A DNA stretch of 64,000 nt from an uncultured Bacteroidota bacterium (GTDB lineage Bacteria > Bacteroidota > Bacteroidia > Flavobacteriales > TMED113), in the NCBI GenBank assembly GCA_902533035.1, contig CACAKI010000001.1, positions 33,917 through 97,916 of the forward strand, given 5' to 3'. The notes under the pieces are model-generated. The model saw nothing but the letters and a program-made list of their open reading frames with translations, searched no databases and had not been told where the DNA came from. Shown one piece after another: positions 49,930 through 60,128 of this stretch (the stretch's first letter is position 1; each line of letters starts with the position of its first letter). Made by a program: the position numbers and the translations under genes.

Positions 49930-50703
49930 ATGATTATGTTAAAAACAAAAAGAGATATAGATTTTATAAGAAAGAGTTCCTCTTTATTAGTTAGGACGCA
50001 TGCGGAATTAGCAAAAGTTATAAAACCGGGTGTTTCATCACTATTTTTAGATAATTTAGCAGAGGAATTTATAAGAGATAATGGGGGTGTTCCAGCATTT
50101 AAGGGTTATAATAATTTTCCAAACACCTTATGTGTTTCTCCAAACAGTGAAGTTGTTCATGGAATCCCTAATCAAAAAAATATAGAATCAGGAACTATTT
50201 TGTCTGTTGATTGTGGTGTCATAAAAGATGGATATTTTAGTGATTGTGCTTTTACGTATGAAGTTGGTGAAGTATCAGAAGAAAACAAAAAGCTTTTAGA
50301 AGTTACAAGAAAATGTCTTGATTTAGGTGTTTCAGTTGCAACTGTTGGGAATCATGTGGGTGATATAGGTTATGCTATACAGAATTATGCAGAGTTTTTT
50401 GGCTTTAGTGTAGTAAGAGAATTAGTTGGACATGGTGTTGGTAAAGCGTTACATGAACCACCTGAAGTTCCTAATTTTGGAGTTAAAGGAGAAGGTGTTT
50501 TAATAAAGTCGGGTTTTGTTTTAGCTATAGAACCGATGGTGAATATTGGTCAAAAAGATATAATTACATCTAACGATGGATGGACTATAATCACAAAGGA
50601 TAATAAACCATCTGCTCATTTTGAATATACGGTGGCTATCACTGAAAAAGGAGTAGAGATTTTATCTCCATTTGATTTAATTGATAAATCTTTAAATAAA
50701 TAA
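49930..50703 (+). CDS. map: Type I methionine aminopeptidase
   Basis: VVHGIP, the D..D metal site in SVDCG....[18 protein letters not shown], and FEYTVAIT. Confidence 0.96.
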   Translation: MIMLKTKRDIDFIRKSSSLLVRTHAELAKVIKPGVSSLFLDNLAEEFIRDNGGVPAFKGYNNFPNTLCVSPNSEVVHGIPNQKNIESGTILSVDCGVIKDGYFSDCAFTYEVGEVSEENKKLLEVTRKCLDLGVSVATVGNHVGDIGYAIQNYAEFFGFSVVRELVGHGVGKALHEPPEVPNFGVKGEGVLIKSGFVLAIEPMVNIGQKDIITSNDGWTIITKDNKPSAHFEYTVAITEKGVEILSPFDLIDKSLNK

Positions 50704-50705
50704 CA

Positions 50706-50921
50706 ATGGCAAGGCAAGCATCAATTGAACAGGATGGAATTATAAAGGAATCATTATCTAATGCAATGTTTAGAGTTGAATTAGAAAATGGGCATGTTAT
50801 TACTGCGCATATTTCTGGAAAAATGAGGATGCATTATATTAGACTATTACCTGGTGATAAGGTAAAATTAGAAATGTCTCCTTATGATTTAACAAAGGGG
50901 CGTATTACATTTAGATATTAA
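50706..50921 (+). CDS. infA: Translation initiation factor IF-1
   Basis: 71 aa. FRVELENGH...AHISGKMR...IR.LPGD.V..E.SPYDL.KGRI..R. Confidence 0.98.
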   Translation: MARQASIEQDGIIKESLSNAMFRVELENGHVITAHISGKMRMHYIRLLPGDKVKLEMSPYDLTKGRITFRY

Positions 50922-50927
50922 AGAATT

Positions 50928-51044
50928 ATGAAAAAAAGAGTTTCAATAAAGAAAAGAAGTTCTGACTGTAAGTTAGTTAGAAGAAAAGGACGTTTATATG
51001 TTATAAATAAATTAAATCCAAGATTTAAACAAAGACAAGGTTAA
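50928..51044 (+). CDS. rpmJ: 50S ribosomal protein L36, absent from the ORF track because it is under 60 aa
   Basis: My translation is [38 protein letters not shown] (38 aa). It fills the infA-rpsM gap at the canonical position. Confidence 0.93.
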   Translation: MKKRVSIKKRSSDCKLVRRKGRLYVINKLNPRFKQRQG

Positions 51045-51063
51045 TTAAATAAATAAAAAATTT

Positions 51064-51441
51064 ATGGCTAGAATAGCAAGTGTTGATATACCAAAAAATA
51101 AAAGAGGAGTAATTAGTTTAACTTATATTTTCGGAATAGGTCCTAGTAGATCTAAAGAAATATTATCAAAAGCTAATGTGGATTTTAATAAAAAAGTTCA
51201 AGATTGGACAGATAAAGAACTTACTGAAATTAGAAAGGTTGTTTCAAATGATTATGTTATAGAAGGAGAGCTTCGTTCAGAGGTTCAATTGAGTATAAAA
51301 AGATTGATGGATATTGGTTGTCAAAGAGGAATAAGACATAGATTGGGATTACCTCTTAGAGGTCAGAAAACTAAAAATAACTCTAGAACAAGAAAGGGTA
51401 AAAAGAAAACAATTGCAAATAAAAAGAAAGCAACTAAATAA
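51064..51441 (+). CDS. rpsM: 30S ribosomal protein S13
   Basis: [12 protein letters not shown]....[25 protein letters not shown]. Confidence 0.98.
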   Translation: MARIASVDIPKNKRGVISLTYIFGIGPSRSKEILSKANVDFNKKVQDWTDKELTEIRKVVSNDYVIEGELRSEVQLSIKRLMDIGCQRGIRHRLGLPLRGQKTKNNSRTRKGKKKTIANKKKATK

Positions 51442-51448
51442 TTTTTAA

Positions 51449-51835
51449 ATGGCTAACACAAAAAATAAAAAGAAAAGAAAAGTTAGAGTAGATGCAGCAG
51501 GTTTTGCTCACATAAGCTCCACTTTTAATAATATAATTATATCGATAACTAATAGTTCAGGAGAAGTGATAAGTTGGTCTTCTGCGGGGAAACAAGGCTT
51601 TAGAGGTTCAAAAAAAAACACACCTTATGCTGGTCAAGTTGCGGCAGAAGATTGTGCGAAAGTTGCTTTTGATGCAGGTCTTCGTTCTGTTAAAGTATAT
51701 ATGAAAGGGCCTGGTAATGGAAGAGAATCTGCTGTTAGAGCTATTGATGGTTCTGGTATTTCAGTTACTGAAATAATTGATGTTACACCGACCCCTCATA
51801 ATGGTTGTCGACCACCAAAAAGAAGAAGAGTTTAA
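51449..51835 (+). CDS. rpsK: 30S ribosomal protein S11
   Basis: G.AHI..TFNN.IISITN..G, GFRGS.K.TP.A. Ends [13 protein letters not shown]. Confidence 0.98.
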   Translation: MANTKNKKKRKVRVDAAGFAHISSTFNNIIISITNSSGEVISWSSAGKQGFRGSKKNTPYAGQVAAEDCAKVAFDAGLRSVKVYMKGPGNGRESAVRAIDGSGISVTEIIDVTPTPHNGCRPPKRRRV

Positions 51836-51852
51836 AAATATAGAATAAAATT

Positions 51853-52458
51853 ATGGCTAGATATATAGGACCTAAAACAAGAATAGCAAGAAAATTTGGA
51901 GAACCAATTTTTGGCCCAGATAAGTATATGCAGAAAAAAAATTATCCACCAGGAGAACATGGTGTTTCTAAAAGAAGAGGAAAAAAGTCAGAATATGCAA
52001 TTCAATTATCTGAAAAACAAAAAGCAAAATATACTTATGGTATTTTAGAAAAGCAATTTTCTAATTTATTTAAAAAAGCATCAAAAAGTAAAATGGTTAC
52101 AGGTGAAGCTCTCCTTGTTTTTTGTGAATCTAGATTAGATAATACTGTTTTTAGACTGGGTCTTTCTAACACTAGAAGTGGGGCTAGACAGTTGGTTTCT
52201 CATAAACATATCACAGTTAATGGATCTGTTGTAAATATTCCTTCTTTTTCGTTGAAACCAGGGGATTTAATTTCCATTAGAGAAAAATCAAAATCATTAG
52301 AATGTATTACTAATTCTTTATCAATGAACAAGGAAGTAGTAGATTGGCTGGAATGGAATCCTGATAATATGATTGGAAAATATTTAAGCTTTCCAGATAG
52401 AAATCAAATACCAGAAAATATTCAAGAACAGTTAATTGTTGAATTATATTCTAAGTAA
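51853..52458 (+). CDS. rpsD: 30S ribosomal protein S4
   Basis: [13 protein letters not shown], an S4 RNA-binding domain (RLDN.VFRLG...R..ARQLV.H.HI.VNG). Confidence 0.98.
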   Translation: MARYIGPKTRIARKFGEPIFGPDKYMQKKNYPPGEHGVSKRRGKKSEYAIQLSEKQKAKYTYGILEKQFSNLFKKASKSKMVTGEALLVFCESRLDNTVFRLGLSNTRSGARQLVSHKHITVNGSVVNIPSFSLKPGDLISIREKSKSLECITNSLSMNKEVVDWLEWNPDNMIGKYLSFPDRNQIPENIQEQLIVELYSK

Positions 52459-52496
52459 TAATTTATAAGTGTAAAAGTTAAATAAAAATAAATATT

Positions 52497-53489
52497 ATGT
52501 CAATACTAAATTTTATAAAACCAGAAAAAGTAATAATGGTCAAATCTACAGAATCTCAAGGAGATTTTGAATTCCGTCCACTTGAACCTGGTTATGGACT
52601 CACGATTGGGAATGCTTTAAGGAGAGTTTTGTTATCTTCTTTGGAGGGTTATGCGATAACGTCAATTCGAATTGATGGTGTTGAACATGAGTTTTCTGTA
52701 ATTGATGGTGTACTTGAGGATGTTGTCCAAATTATTTTAAGTTTAAAACAAATTAGATTAAAAAAACAAGTTGAGGAGTTTGATTCAGAAACTGTAAAAG
52801 TTTCAATTTCAAATCAAGAAAATGTTAATGCAGGAGATTTAGGACGATTTATATCTGGTTTTCAGGTTTTAAACCCGGATTTACATATTTGCACTTTGGA
52901 AAAAAACATTAAGTTAGATTTTGAAATATGTATAGAGAAAGGAAGAGGGTATGTTTCTTCAGAAGAAAATAAAAAAGAAGATGCTCCTTTAGGTACAATT
53001 CCTATGGACGCTATATTTACTCCAATAAAGAATGTTAAATATTCTATTGAAGATTATAGAGTAGAACAAAAAACAGATTATGAAAAATTAATTTTTCAAA
53101 TTTTTACTGATGGTTCTATTCTTCCAAAAGATGCTTTAACTGAAGCGGCAAAAATATTAATTCATCATTTTATGTTATTCTCTGATGAGAGGATATCTAT
53201 TGAAACAGATGGAGGTTCTAAGGAAGATGAATATGATGAAGAATCACTTCATATGAGACAATTATTAAAAACAAGACTTATAGACATGGATCTTTCAGTG
53301 AGGGCTTTAAATTGTTTGAAGGCAGCCGAAGTAGATACTTTAGGTGATTTAGTTTCATATAATCGAAATGATTTAATGAAATTTAGAAATTTTGGAAAAA
53401 AATCTTTAACTGAATTAGATGCGTTAGTAGAAGATAAAAATTTATCATTCGGCATGGATTTAGAAAAATATAAACTAGAAAAAGAATAG
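52497..53489 (+). CDS. rpoA: DNA-directed RNA polymerase alpha subunit
   Basis: PLE.GYG.T.GNALRR.LLSS..G.A. C-terminal domain with [11 protein letters not shown].....GDLV. Confidence 0.98.
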   Translation: MSILNFIKPEKVIMVKSTESQGDFEFRPLEPGYGLTIGNALRRVLLSSLEGYAITSIRIDGVEHEFSVIDGVLEDVVQIILSLKQIRLKKQVEEFDSETVKVSISNQENVNAGDLGRFISGFQVLNPDLHICTLEKNIKLDFEICIEKGRGYVSSEENKKEDAPLGTIPMDAIFTPIKNVKYSIEDYRVEQKTDYEKLIFQIFTDGSILPKDALTEAAKILIHHFMLFSDERISIETDGGSKEDEYDEESLHMRQLLKTRLIDMDLSVRALNCLKAAEVDTLGDLVSYNRNDLMKFRNFGKKSLTELDALVEDKNLSFGMDLEKYKLEKE

Positions 53490-53493
53490 TAAA

Positions 53494-54096
53494 ATGAGGC
53501 ATAGAAATAAAAATAAATCGTTAAGTAGAACATCAAGTCATCGAAAGGCTATGTTAGCTAATATGGGTTGTTCGTTGATTATGCATAAGCGTATAAAAAC
53601 AACTGTAGCTAAAGCGAAAGAGTTGAAAAGATATTTAGAACCGATTATCACAAAGTCTAAAACTGACTCTACTCATTCTAGAAGAGTTGTTTTTTCTAAG
53701 TTGAAAAATAAAGATGCTGTAAAAGAATTGTTTTCTACAGTGGCAGAAAAAATATTAAATAGACCAGGTGGTTATACTCGAATTATTAAATTAGGAAAAA
53801 GATTAGGTGATTCGGCGGAGATTTGTTTTATTGAGTTGGTTGATTTTAATGATGTTTATGAAACTAATAAAGAAGAAACAAAGAAAACAAGAAGATCAAG
53901 AAGATCAAAATCTTCTACAAATAAAGATAAGAATCCATCTTTATTAGATCAAAAACAATCACCTACTGAAGAGGAAGTACCTACTGAAGAGGAAGCTCCT
54001 GCTGAAGAGGAAGCTCCTGTTGAAGAGGAAGTACCTACTGAAGAGGAAGCACCTGCTGAAGAGGAGGAAAATAAAGAAGAGGCTGAAGAAAAATAA
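53494..54096 (+). CDS. rplQ: 50S ribosomal protein L17 with a ~70-aa basic-then-acidic repetitive C-terminal tail
   Basis: MRHRNK...L.R.SSHR.AMLANM, GGYTRI.KLG.R.GD.A. The tail carries six P-x-E-E-E-x repeats. Confidence 0.97.
   Translation: MRHRNKNKSLSRTSSHRKAMLANMGCSLIMHKRIKTTVAKAKELKRYLEPIITKSKTDSTHSRRVVFSKLKNKDAVKELFSTVAEKILNRPGGYTRIIKLGKRLGDSAEICFIELVDFNDVYETNKEETKKTRRSRRSKSSTNKDKNPSLLDQKQSPTEEEVPTEEEAPAEEEAPVEEEVPTEEEAPAEEEENKEEAEEK
53962..54069 (+). repeat. Six tandem 18-bp repeats (cct-nct-gaa-gag-gaa-gyn) encoding [36 protein letters not shown] within rplQ
   Basis: Read directly. The units begin at 53962, 53980, 53998, 54016, 54034 and 54052 and differ from each other at only 1-3 nt. 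Confidence 0.9.
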
Positions 54097-54130
54097 TAGT
54101 TATATAAATATTAATTACGTTTATTTGATT

Positions 54131-54166
54131 AAGGACAGAGCCTCTTGGGGTTTTGTCCTTTTTTTT
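54131..54166 (+). terminator. Rho-independent terminator closing the ribosomal superoperon
   Basis: 12-bp stem AAGGACAGAGCC / GGTTTTGTCCTT (two G-U pairs), hexaloop TCTTGG, then a T tract. It is among the very few G/C-containing hairpins I saw in the window's intergenic DNA. Confidence 0.8.
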
Positions 54167-54177
54167 AAAATAGATAT

Positions 54178-55287
54178 ATGAAAAAAGAACTTGCTAATGC
54201 TATTTTAATACTTGAAGATGGAACTGTTTTTTACGGTAAATGTGCTGGTAAAACAGGAACTTCTTTTGGTGAAATTTGTTTTAATACTGGAATGACAGGT
54301 TACCAAGAAGTGTTTACAGACCCATCATATTATGGCCAAGTAGTTATTACAACTAATGTGCATATTGGTAATTATGGTTATAATCTAAATGAAATTGAAT
54401 CAGATTCAATGAAAATATCAGGTTTAATTTGTAAAGATTTCAATTTAGATAATTCTAGATACGATTCAGAAGGACATATAAAAGAGTATTTTGAAAAAGA
54501 AAATATTTTTGTTATTTCTGAAGTGGACACTAGGACTTTGGTTAATTACATAAGAGATAAGGGTGTGATGAATGTATTAATATCTTCTTATGTTAATAAT
54601 GTGGATTCTTTAAAAGATCAATTAAGTAAAGCTCCTTCCATGAAGGGGTTAGATTTATCTTCTTTTGTTTCTGTTTCTGAAAGTTATACGTTAGGTAAAG
54701 AAAACTCAAAATATAGAGTTGCTATTTATGATTTTGGTATAAAAAAAAATATAATTAGATGTTTAGAAAGCAGAAATGTTTTTATGAAGATTTTTCCATT
54801 TGACACCGATCCTAAAGAAATTTTTGATTGGAATCCTACGGGTATATTTTTTTCAAATGGGCCAGGTGACCCAGCATCAATGACTAATGTAATTAATAAT
54901 ATAAAAGAGGTTCTTGAAAAAAACATTCCCATTTTCGGTATATGTTTGGGGCATCAATTAATAGCTTTAGCTAGTGGTTTAAAGACATATAAAATGCATA
55001 ATGGGCATAGAGGAATAAATCATCCAGTTTTTAATTTAAAAACAAAAAAATGTGAAGTGACTTCACAAAATCATGGTTTTTCTATTGATGAATCAAGTTT
55101 AGATGGGAAAAATAATATAATAGTTACTCATAGAAATTTGAATGATGATACTGTTGAAGGTATTATGTTTACTGATAAACCTATTTTTTCAGTTCAATAT
55201 CACCCTGAATCATCTCCTGGCCCTCAAGATTCAAGATATTTATTTGATCAGTTTGTTTCTAATATGGATAGTTTTTTAAATCAATGA
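54178..55287 (+). CDS. carA: Carbamoyl-phosphate synthase small (glutaminase) subunit
   Basis: LEDGT.F.G, TGYQE..TDPSY.GQ, the GATase triad in GICLGHQ and QYHPES. Confidence 0.95.
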   Translation: MKKELANAILILEDGTVFYGKCAGKTGTSFGEICFNTGMTGYQEVFTDPSYYGQVVITTNVHIGNYGYNLNEIESDSMKISGLICKDFNLDNSRYDSEGHIKEYFEKENIFVISEVDTRTLVNYIRDKGVMNVLISSYVNNVDSLKDQLSKAPSMKGLDLSSFVSVSESYTLGKENSKYRVAIYDFGIKKNIIRCLESRNVFMKIFPFDTDPKEIFDWNPTGIFFSNGPGDPASMTNVINNIKEVLEKNIPIFGICLGHQLIALASGLKTYKMHNGHRGINHPVFNLKTKKCEVTSQNHGFSIDESSLDGKNNIIVTHRNLNDDTVEGIMFTDKPIFSVQYHPESSPGPQDSRYLFDQFVSNMDSFLNQ

Positions 55288-56570
55288 GTTCTAAAATAAA
55301 AAATATAAAAGCCAGACAAGTTTTCGATTCTAGAGGTAATCCAACAGTTGAAGTAGATATTTTTTCAGCAAAAAAATTTGCTCGTGCTTCTATTCCATCA
55401 GGTGCTTCTACTGGAAAACATGAAGCAGTTGAGTTTAGGGATGGGGGATCTATATTAATGGGTAAAGGGGTTGAGAAAGTTGTTAAAATTATAGAAAATA
55501 AATTAAAAGATCACTTAATTGGATTTGATGTTTTTGATCAAGAAGGAATAGATTTAAAAATGTGTGAATTAGATGGAACACCTAATAAATCATCACTAGG
55601 CGCAAACTCTATTCTTCCTATTTCTTTAGCAGCGTCTAGATTAGCAGCGTCTATAAAAGGTTTAGAATTATATGAATATTTGATGTCATATTGCCCTTTT
55701 TCATCTTCTTTTTCACTTCCTGTTCCTTTGATGAATATTTTAAATGGAGGAAGTCATGCTGATAATTTAGTAGATATTCAAGAATTTATGATTGCTCCTG
55801 TTGGTGCAAATAGTTTTAAAGAATCTTTGAGTATGGGTGTTGAGATTTTTCATCATTTAAAAAGTGTTTTAAAATCAAAAGGACTTTCTACAAATGTGGG
55901 TGATGAAGGTGGTTTTGCTCCTAGTCTTCATACTAATGAAGAAGCACTTGATTTAATTTTATTAGCTATTGAAAAATCTGGATATATTCCAGGAAAAGAT
56001 GTTTATTTAGCTATTGATGCAGCCTCTTCTGAGTTTTTTAAAGAAGGTAATTATTTTTTTAATAATGGAGATGTTTTAAACTCTGATGATATGATTAATT
56101 TTTGGAAAAGTTGGACAGATAAATATCCAATTTTTTCTATTGAAGATGGATTACATGAAGATGATTGGAAGGGGTGGATATCTTTAACTAAAAAAATAGG
56201 TAATAATGTTCAGTTGGTGGGCGATGATTTATTTGTCACTAATATACATCGACTAGATCGTGGAGTTAAAGAAAACGCTTCAAATTCAATTTTGATTAAA
56301 CCTAATCAAATTGGAACTTTATCAGAAACTTTTAATGCTATGAGTTTTGCAAGAGAAAATAATTTCACCACTGTGATGAGTCATAGATCCGGAGAAACAG
56401 AAGATACTTTTATCGCTGATTTAGCAGTGGCTTTTTCTTGTTCTCAAATAAAAACAGGTTCATGTTCTAGATCTGATAGAGTGGCAAAATATAATCAATT
56501 AATTAGAATAGAGGAAAATTTAGCTCAAAAAGCTATTTTTTCCGGAAAAAATTTTAAATACTGTAAATAA
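55284..56570 (+). CDS. eno: Enolase (phosphopyruvate hydratase)
   Basis: [50 protein letters not shown] overlap with carA. Confidence 0.98.
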   Translation: MSSKIKNIKARQVFDSRGNPTVEVDIFSAKKFARASIPSGASTGKHEAVEFRDGGSILMGKGVEKVVKIIENKLKDHLIGFDVFDQEGIDLKMCELDGTPNKSSLGANSILPISLAASRLAASIKGLELYEYLMSYCPFSSSFSLPVPLMNILNGGSHADNLVDIQEFMIAPVGANSFKESLSMGVEIFHHLKSVLKSKGLSTNVGDEGGFAPSLHTNEEALDLILLAIEKSGYIPGKDVYLAIDAASSEFFKEGNYFFNNGDVLNSDDMINFWKSWTDKYPIFSIEDGLHEDDWKGWISLTKKIGNNVQLVGDDLFVTNIHRLDRGVKENASNSILIKPNQIGTLSETFNAMSFARENNFTTVMSHRSGETEDTFIADLAVAFSCSQIKTGSCSRSDRVAKYNQLIRIEENLAQKAIFSGKNFKYCK

Positions 56571-56574
56571 AAAA

Positions 56575-57879
56575 ATGGAAAATAAATTAAAACAAAAATT
56601 TGAAAAAAAAATTCAACCAGCTAGGGATGAAAGGAAAGAATTAATATCAAACCATGGAAACAAAGTAATAGGAGATATAACATTACGTCAAATTTATTCT
56701 GGCATGAGGGGTATGATTAGTATGGTAACTGAAACATCCAAATTAGACCCAGAAGATGGTATAAAATTTAGAGGGTATTCTTTAGATGAGTTATTAAATT
56801 TACTCCCAACCTATAAAGGTGGTAAGCAGCCAATGCCAGAAGGTATATTTTATTTAATGTTAATAGGTGAGCTTCCTACTAAAGAAGATGTTGAATTAAT
56901 TAGTGAAGAATGGAAAAAAAGATCAAATGTTCCTGATCATGTTTTTTCTGTCTTAGATTCATTTCCAAAAGATGCTCATCCAATGACACAATTTTCTGCT
57001 GCTATATTGGCTTTGAGGGGTGATAGTTATTTTATGAAAGCTTATAATGATGGTGTGAGAAAAAAAGACTATTGGGACTCTTCATATGAAGATTCTATGA
57101 ACTTAATTGCTGCACTTCCAAGGATAGCAGCCTATATTTATAGACGAGTATATAAAGAAAATCGGCACATTTCTCCTAATCTCAACCTAGATTGGTCTGG
57201 TAATTTTGCACATATGCTTGGTTTTGATAATGAAGAATTTCATGAATTAATGCGTTTATATTTAACGATTCATGCTGATCATGAAGGAGGTAATGTTTCT
57301 GCTCACTCCTCTCATTTAGTTAGTTCTGCACTTAGTGATGCTTATTTGTCATTTTCTGCTGGAATGAATGGTTTAGCAGGGCCATTACATGGTTTAGCAA
57401 ATCAAGAAGTTGTTAAGTGGTTATTAAAAATGAAGGAATATTATAATGGAGATATTCCAACTAAGGAACAAGTTTCACAATATGTTCAAAAAACATTATC
57501 AGATGGTAGAGTTATACCTGGTTTTGGTCATGCTGTTTTACGAAAAACAGATCCAAGATATGTTGCGCAAAGAAATTTTGCTTTAAAATATTTAAAAGAT
57601 TATGATTTATTTGATTTGGTAAGTAAGGTTTATGAGGTAGTTCCTCCTATTTTAGAAGCTACCGGAAAAGTTAAAAATCCATGGCCAAATGTTGATGCTC
57701 ATTCTGGAGTTTTATTGTTAAAATATGGGATGCAAGAGTATGACTTTTTTACTGTATTATTTGGTGTTTCTCGTTCATTAGGTATTCTTTCTCAATTAAT
57801 TTGGAATAGAGCTTTAGGGAGCCCAATAGAAAGGCCTGTTTCTATGCCTACAGATATTATAAAAAAGAACTTAATTTAA
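56575..57879 (+). CDS. gltA: Citrate synthase
   Basis: 434 aa. [36 protein letters not shown]. Confidence 0.95.
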   Translation: MENKLKQKFEKKIQPARDERKELISNHGNKVIGDITLRQIYSGMRGMISMVTETSKLDPEDGIKFRGYSLDELLNLLPTYKGGKQPMPEGIFYLMLIGELPTKEDVELISEEWKKRSNVPDHVFSVLDSFPKDAHPMTQFSAAILALRGDSYFMKAYNDGVRKKDYWDSSYEDSMNLIAALPRIAAYIYRRVYKENRHISPNLNLDWSGNFAHMLGFDNEEFHELMRLYLTIHADHEGGNVSAHSSHLVSSALSDAYLSFSAGMNGLAGPLHGLANQEVVKWLLKMKEYYNGDIPTKEQVSQYVQKTLSDGRVIPGFGHAVLRKTDPRYVAQRNFALKYLKDYDLFDLVSKVYEVVPPILEATGKVKNPWPNVDAHSGVLLLKYGMQEYDFFTVLFGVSRSLGILSQLIWNRALGSPIERPVSMPTDIIKKNLI

Positions 57880-58619
57880 ATTCTTTGTCTTTGTAATTCA
57901 GATAAGATTATTCCTGCTGCTACAGATACATTTAGTGAAATTATTTCTCCACTTGTGGGTATTTTTATCAATTCATCACTAATATTTATTATTTTATTTG
58001 AAACGCCTTCTTTTTCCGAACCTAAAACTAAGATAGAAGGTTCTTTTAAATTAGTTTCAAAGATGTTTTTTTGAGCATGTTCAGAAAGAGAGCATATCTT
58101 TAATCCACTATTTTTTGCAAAGCTCAGTGTTTTTACTAAGTCATCTGTTCGACATATTGGTATTTTAGTTAGGGCTCCAGAAGATGTTTTTATTGAAACT
58201 TCATTTATTTCCGCTGAGTTTTTTTTTGGTATAATAATCCCATGGGCACCTAAAACTTTGGCTGTTCTACAAATTGATCCAAAATTCCGAACATCAGTCA
58301 CTTGATCTAAAGCAAAAAAAACAGGAATTTCACCCTTTTCATAAATATTTGGTAAATAATTTTCAAATACAACAAAAGATATTGGAGAGCAAAAAGCAAA
58401 CACGCCTTGGTGGTTTTTTTTTGTTAGTCTATTTAATTTTTGAATAGGTACGTATTTGAGTTCAATGTTTTTATTTTTCGCTTTTTTTACTAGTTCTAAA
58501 ATTGATTCATTTTTCAAGTTTTTTTGAATGTAAATTTTTTGCACATCTTTTTCACTGTTTAATAATTCAATTATAGGCCTTATTCCATATATTCTTAGGT
58601 TATCATTTGATTCTTTCAT
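57876..58619 (-). CDS. rlmB: 23S rRNA (guanosine-2'-O)-methyltransferase RlmB (SpoU/TrmH family)
   Basis: N-terminal SpoU substrate-binding domain ([11 protein letters not shown]) and a C-terminal SPOUT knot ([13 protein letters not shown]....[11 protein letters not shown]). Confidence 0.85.
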   Translation of the reverse strand: MKESNDNLRIYGIRPIIELLNSEKDVQKIYIQKNLKNESILELVKKAKNKNIELKYVPIQKLNRLTKKNHQGVFAFCSPISFVVFENYLPNIYEKGEIPVFFALDQVTDVRNFGSICRTAKVLGAHGIIIPKKNSAEINEVSIKTSSGALTKIPICRTDDLVKTLSFAKNSGLKICSLSEHAQKNIFETNLKEPSILVLGSEKEGVSNKIINISDELIKIPTSGEIISLNVSVAAGIILSELQRQRI

Positions 58620-58622
58620 TAT

Positions 58623-60053
58623 TTAAAATTTTAAGATGTAATTAAAATGAATTTTTGAATTATTGATTTCTATGTTTTTATTGTATTTTGGAATAGCATA
58701 GTTTATTAAAAATATATCATTTTTCATATCTATTCCTATTCCTAATCCAAATGATTCTAATTTCACATTTAAATCATAAAGTTTACCAAAATCATAAAAA
58801 AATGAAATATAAGACTTATTGTTAAAAAAGTATTTATTTTCCAGGTTTATAATACTTAATGATTTGCTAAAAAAACTATTTTCTAAAAACCCTCTAATTT
58901 GATTTATTCCACCGATTCCTATTTTTTCGTTTTCCAAGATGTTTTCTCCGATTAAAAATTTATTATTTGAATTTAGGTAAAAATTATTATTTTCAAAAAG
59001 AGGTAATTTGAATTCAAGATTTAATCCTATTTGTTGCCGTATATTTTTCTCATTTGTTATCTTATTTATCCCAATCCTATATTCTTTTGAAATTTTATAG
59101 TTGATTCTTTTTAAGAAATTAATTTTTTGGTGAGTCCAATTTAATAATATTAAATTTTTTCTATAATCTTGTGTTGAATTGTTGATGGAATTATTTAAGA
59201 TGTTAGATCTTTTGTTTAAATAACCTAATTTTAAAAAATAAGCTTCTTTTTTAAATTCTAAACTAGATATAAATTCTTTATTTATATATGAGTTATTATA
59301 TTGTAAAATATTGAATTTAGTGTTTAGGAAAAAAGTAGAATTTAAAAAAAAAGGAAAATTAAAATTTACTGAAAGCTCTTGTGAACTTGCAGTCATTTTA
59401 TTCCATTTTATATTGATAGACTCCCACATATTTAAAGCGTTCGAAAGATTTAGATTTACTTTTCCATATAAAGAGGTGGTTTCTTGATTGTTATTCAGGC
59501 CTAAGAACCCGTCTATTGAGTTATTGTGTGTTTTTTCTAAATAAAGAAATAATATAGTTTTCTCTGGGTTAAATAAAATACTATTGTTTTTATATTCTTT
59601 TAAAAAAATATTTTGTTGTAATTTTTCTGAGATTAAATCTATTTTTTTTTGCTTATATCTTTCGTTTTTTTTAATGTTCAGAAATCTACTTATTAAGTAT
59701 TTTGGGAACTTATTATATCCCTTTAAAGCTATACTGTCTATTTTAGTTAAATTTCCTTTTTTTACAAAAATCTTTCCATATATTTTTTTAGTTTTTATTG
59801 AATCATAACGAAATTCAATAGTTGAAAATGGGTAGCCATTGTTTTCTAGTTTTTTTGCAATGATGTAAAAAATAGAATCTATTTCATTTTTTTTTAATGC
59901 AGTTTTAGTTTTGGTTGTGAATTTATTTGTGTTAGTAATAATCCAGGTATAATTCTTATTATTTAAAATAGTATCTGTTTTATTGTTTTTTTCAATTGAA
60001 AAACACATCAATGAGTAAAGAAAGAATAAAAAAAATAGACTTTTTAAATACAT
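58623..60053 (-). CDS. Outer-membrane beta-barrel protein with POTRA-like N-terminal modules (Omp85 superfamily, ShlB/FhaC-like)
   Basis: Signal peptide MYLKSLFFLFFLYSLMCFS. POTRA-like segment I.SIALKGYNKFPKYLISRFLNIKKNERY. IDGFLGL motif. Alternating beta pattern ending ...HFNYILKF. Confidence 0.45.
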   Translation of the reverse strand: MYLKSLFFLFFLYSLMCFSIEKNNKTDTILNNKNYTWIITNTNKFTTKTKTALKKNEIDSIFYIIAKKLENNGYPFSTIEFRYDSIKTKKIYGKIFVKKGNLTKIDSIALKGYNKFPKYLISRFLNIKKNERYKQKKIDLISEKLQQNIFLKEYKNNSILFNPEKTILFLYLEKTHNNSIDGFLGLNNNQETTSLYGKVNLNLSNALNMWESINIKWNKMTASSQELSVNFNFPFFLNSTFFLNTKFNILQYNNSYINKEFISSLEFKKEAYFLKLGYLNKRSNILNNSINNSTQDYRKNLILLNWTHQKINFLKRINYKISKEYRIGINKITNEKNIRQQIGLNLEFKLPLFENNNFYLNSNNKFLIGENILENEKIGIGGINQIRGFLENSFFSKSLSIINLENKYFFNNKSYISFFYDFGKLYDLNVKLESFGLGIGIDMKNDIFLINYAIPKYNKNIEINNSKIHFNYILKF

Positions 60054-60101
60054 GCTTTACTTTTAATTTTGTTTTTAGAATATTTTTTCATTATAAATTA
60101 T

Positions 60102-60109
60102 TAAATTTG
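60102..60109 (+). promoter_or_regulatory. Candidate -7 promoter box TAAATTTG (TAnnTTTG) upstream of the small lipoprotein ORF and lipA
   Basis: Exact TAnnTTTG match 20 nt upstream of the ATG at 60129. No correctly spaced -33 TTTG. Confidence 0.3.
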
Positions 60110-60128
60110 GTTCATAAAATTAATTATA

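Noticed and set aside
50928-51044. L36 with a single Cys and S14 without a Cys cluster, considered as possible zinc-independent paralogues indicating a zinc-starvation response
   Set aside because: These are the only copies, and they sit at the canonical operon positions. As far as I recall, this cysteine-poor L36 form is the normal one in Bacteroidota. It is a lineage trait and not a regulated paralogue switch.
69-54932. About 25 short ORFs (60-96 aa) embedded in larger genes, mostly antisense and a few same-strand in another frame. Examples: 69..251, 4379..4597, 10189..10389, 15057..15299, 18808..19023, 19110..19307, 19724..19939, 20399..20629, 26058..26374, 27387..27590, 28757..28945, 29968..30258, 30398..30881, 33145..33417, 34939..35418, 39125..39340, 41427..41618, 43644..43853, 45066..45269, 49440..49622, 53249..53536, 54726..54932, and also 59584..59808.
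   Set aside because: Each lies wholly within, or across the junction of, strongly supported conserved genes. Their translations are low-complexity F/I/L/S-rich strings typical of the reverse frames of AT-rich coding DNA, with no recognisable motifs.
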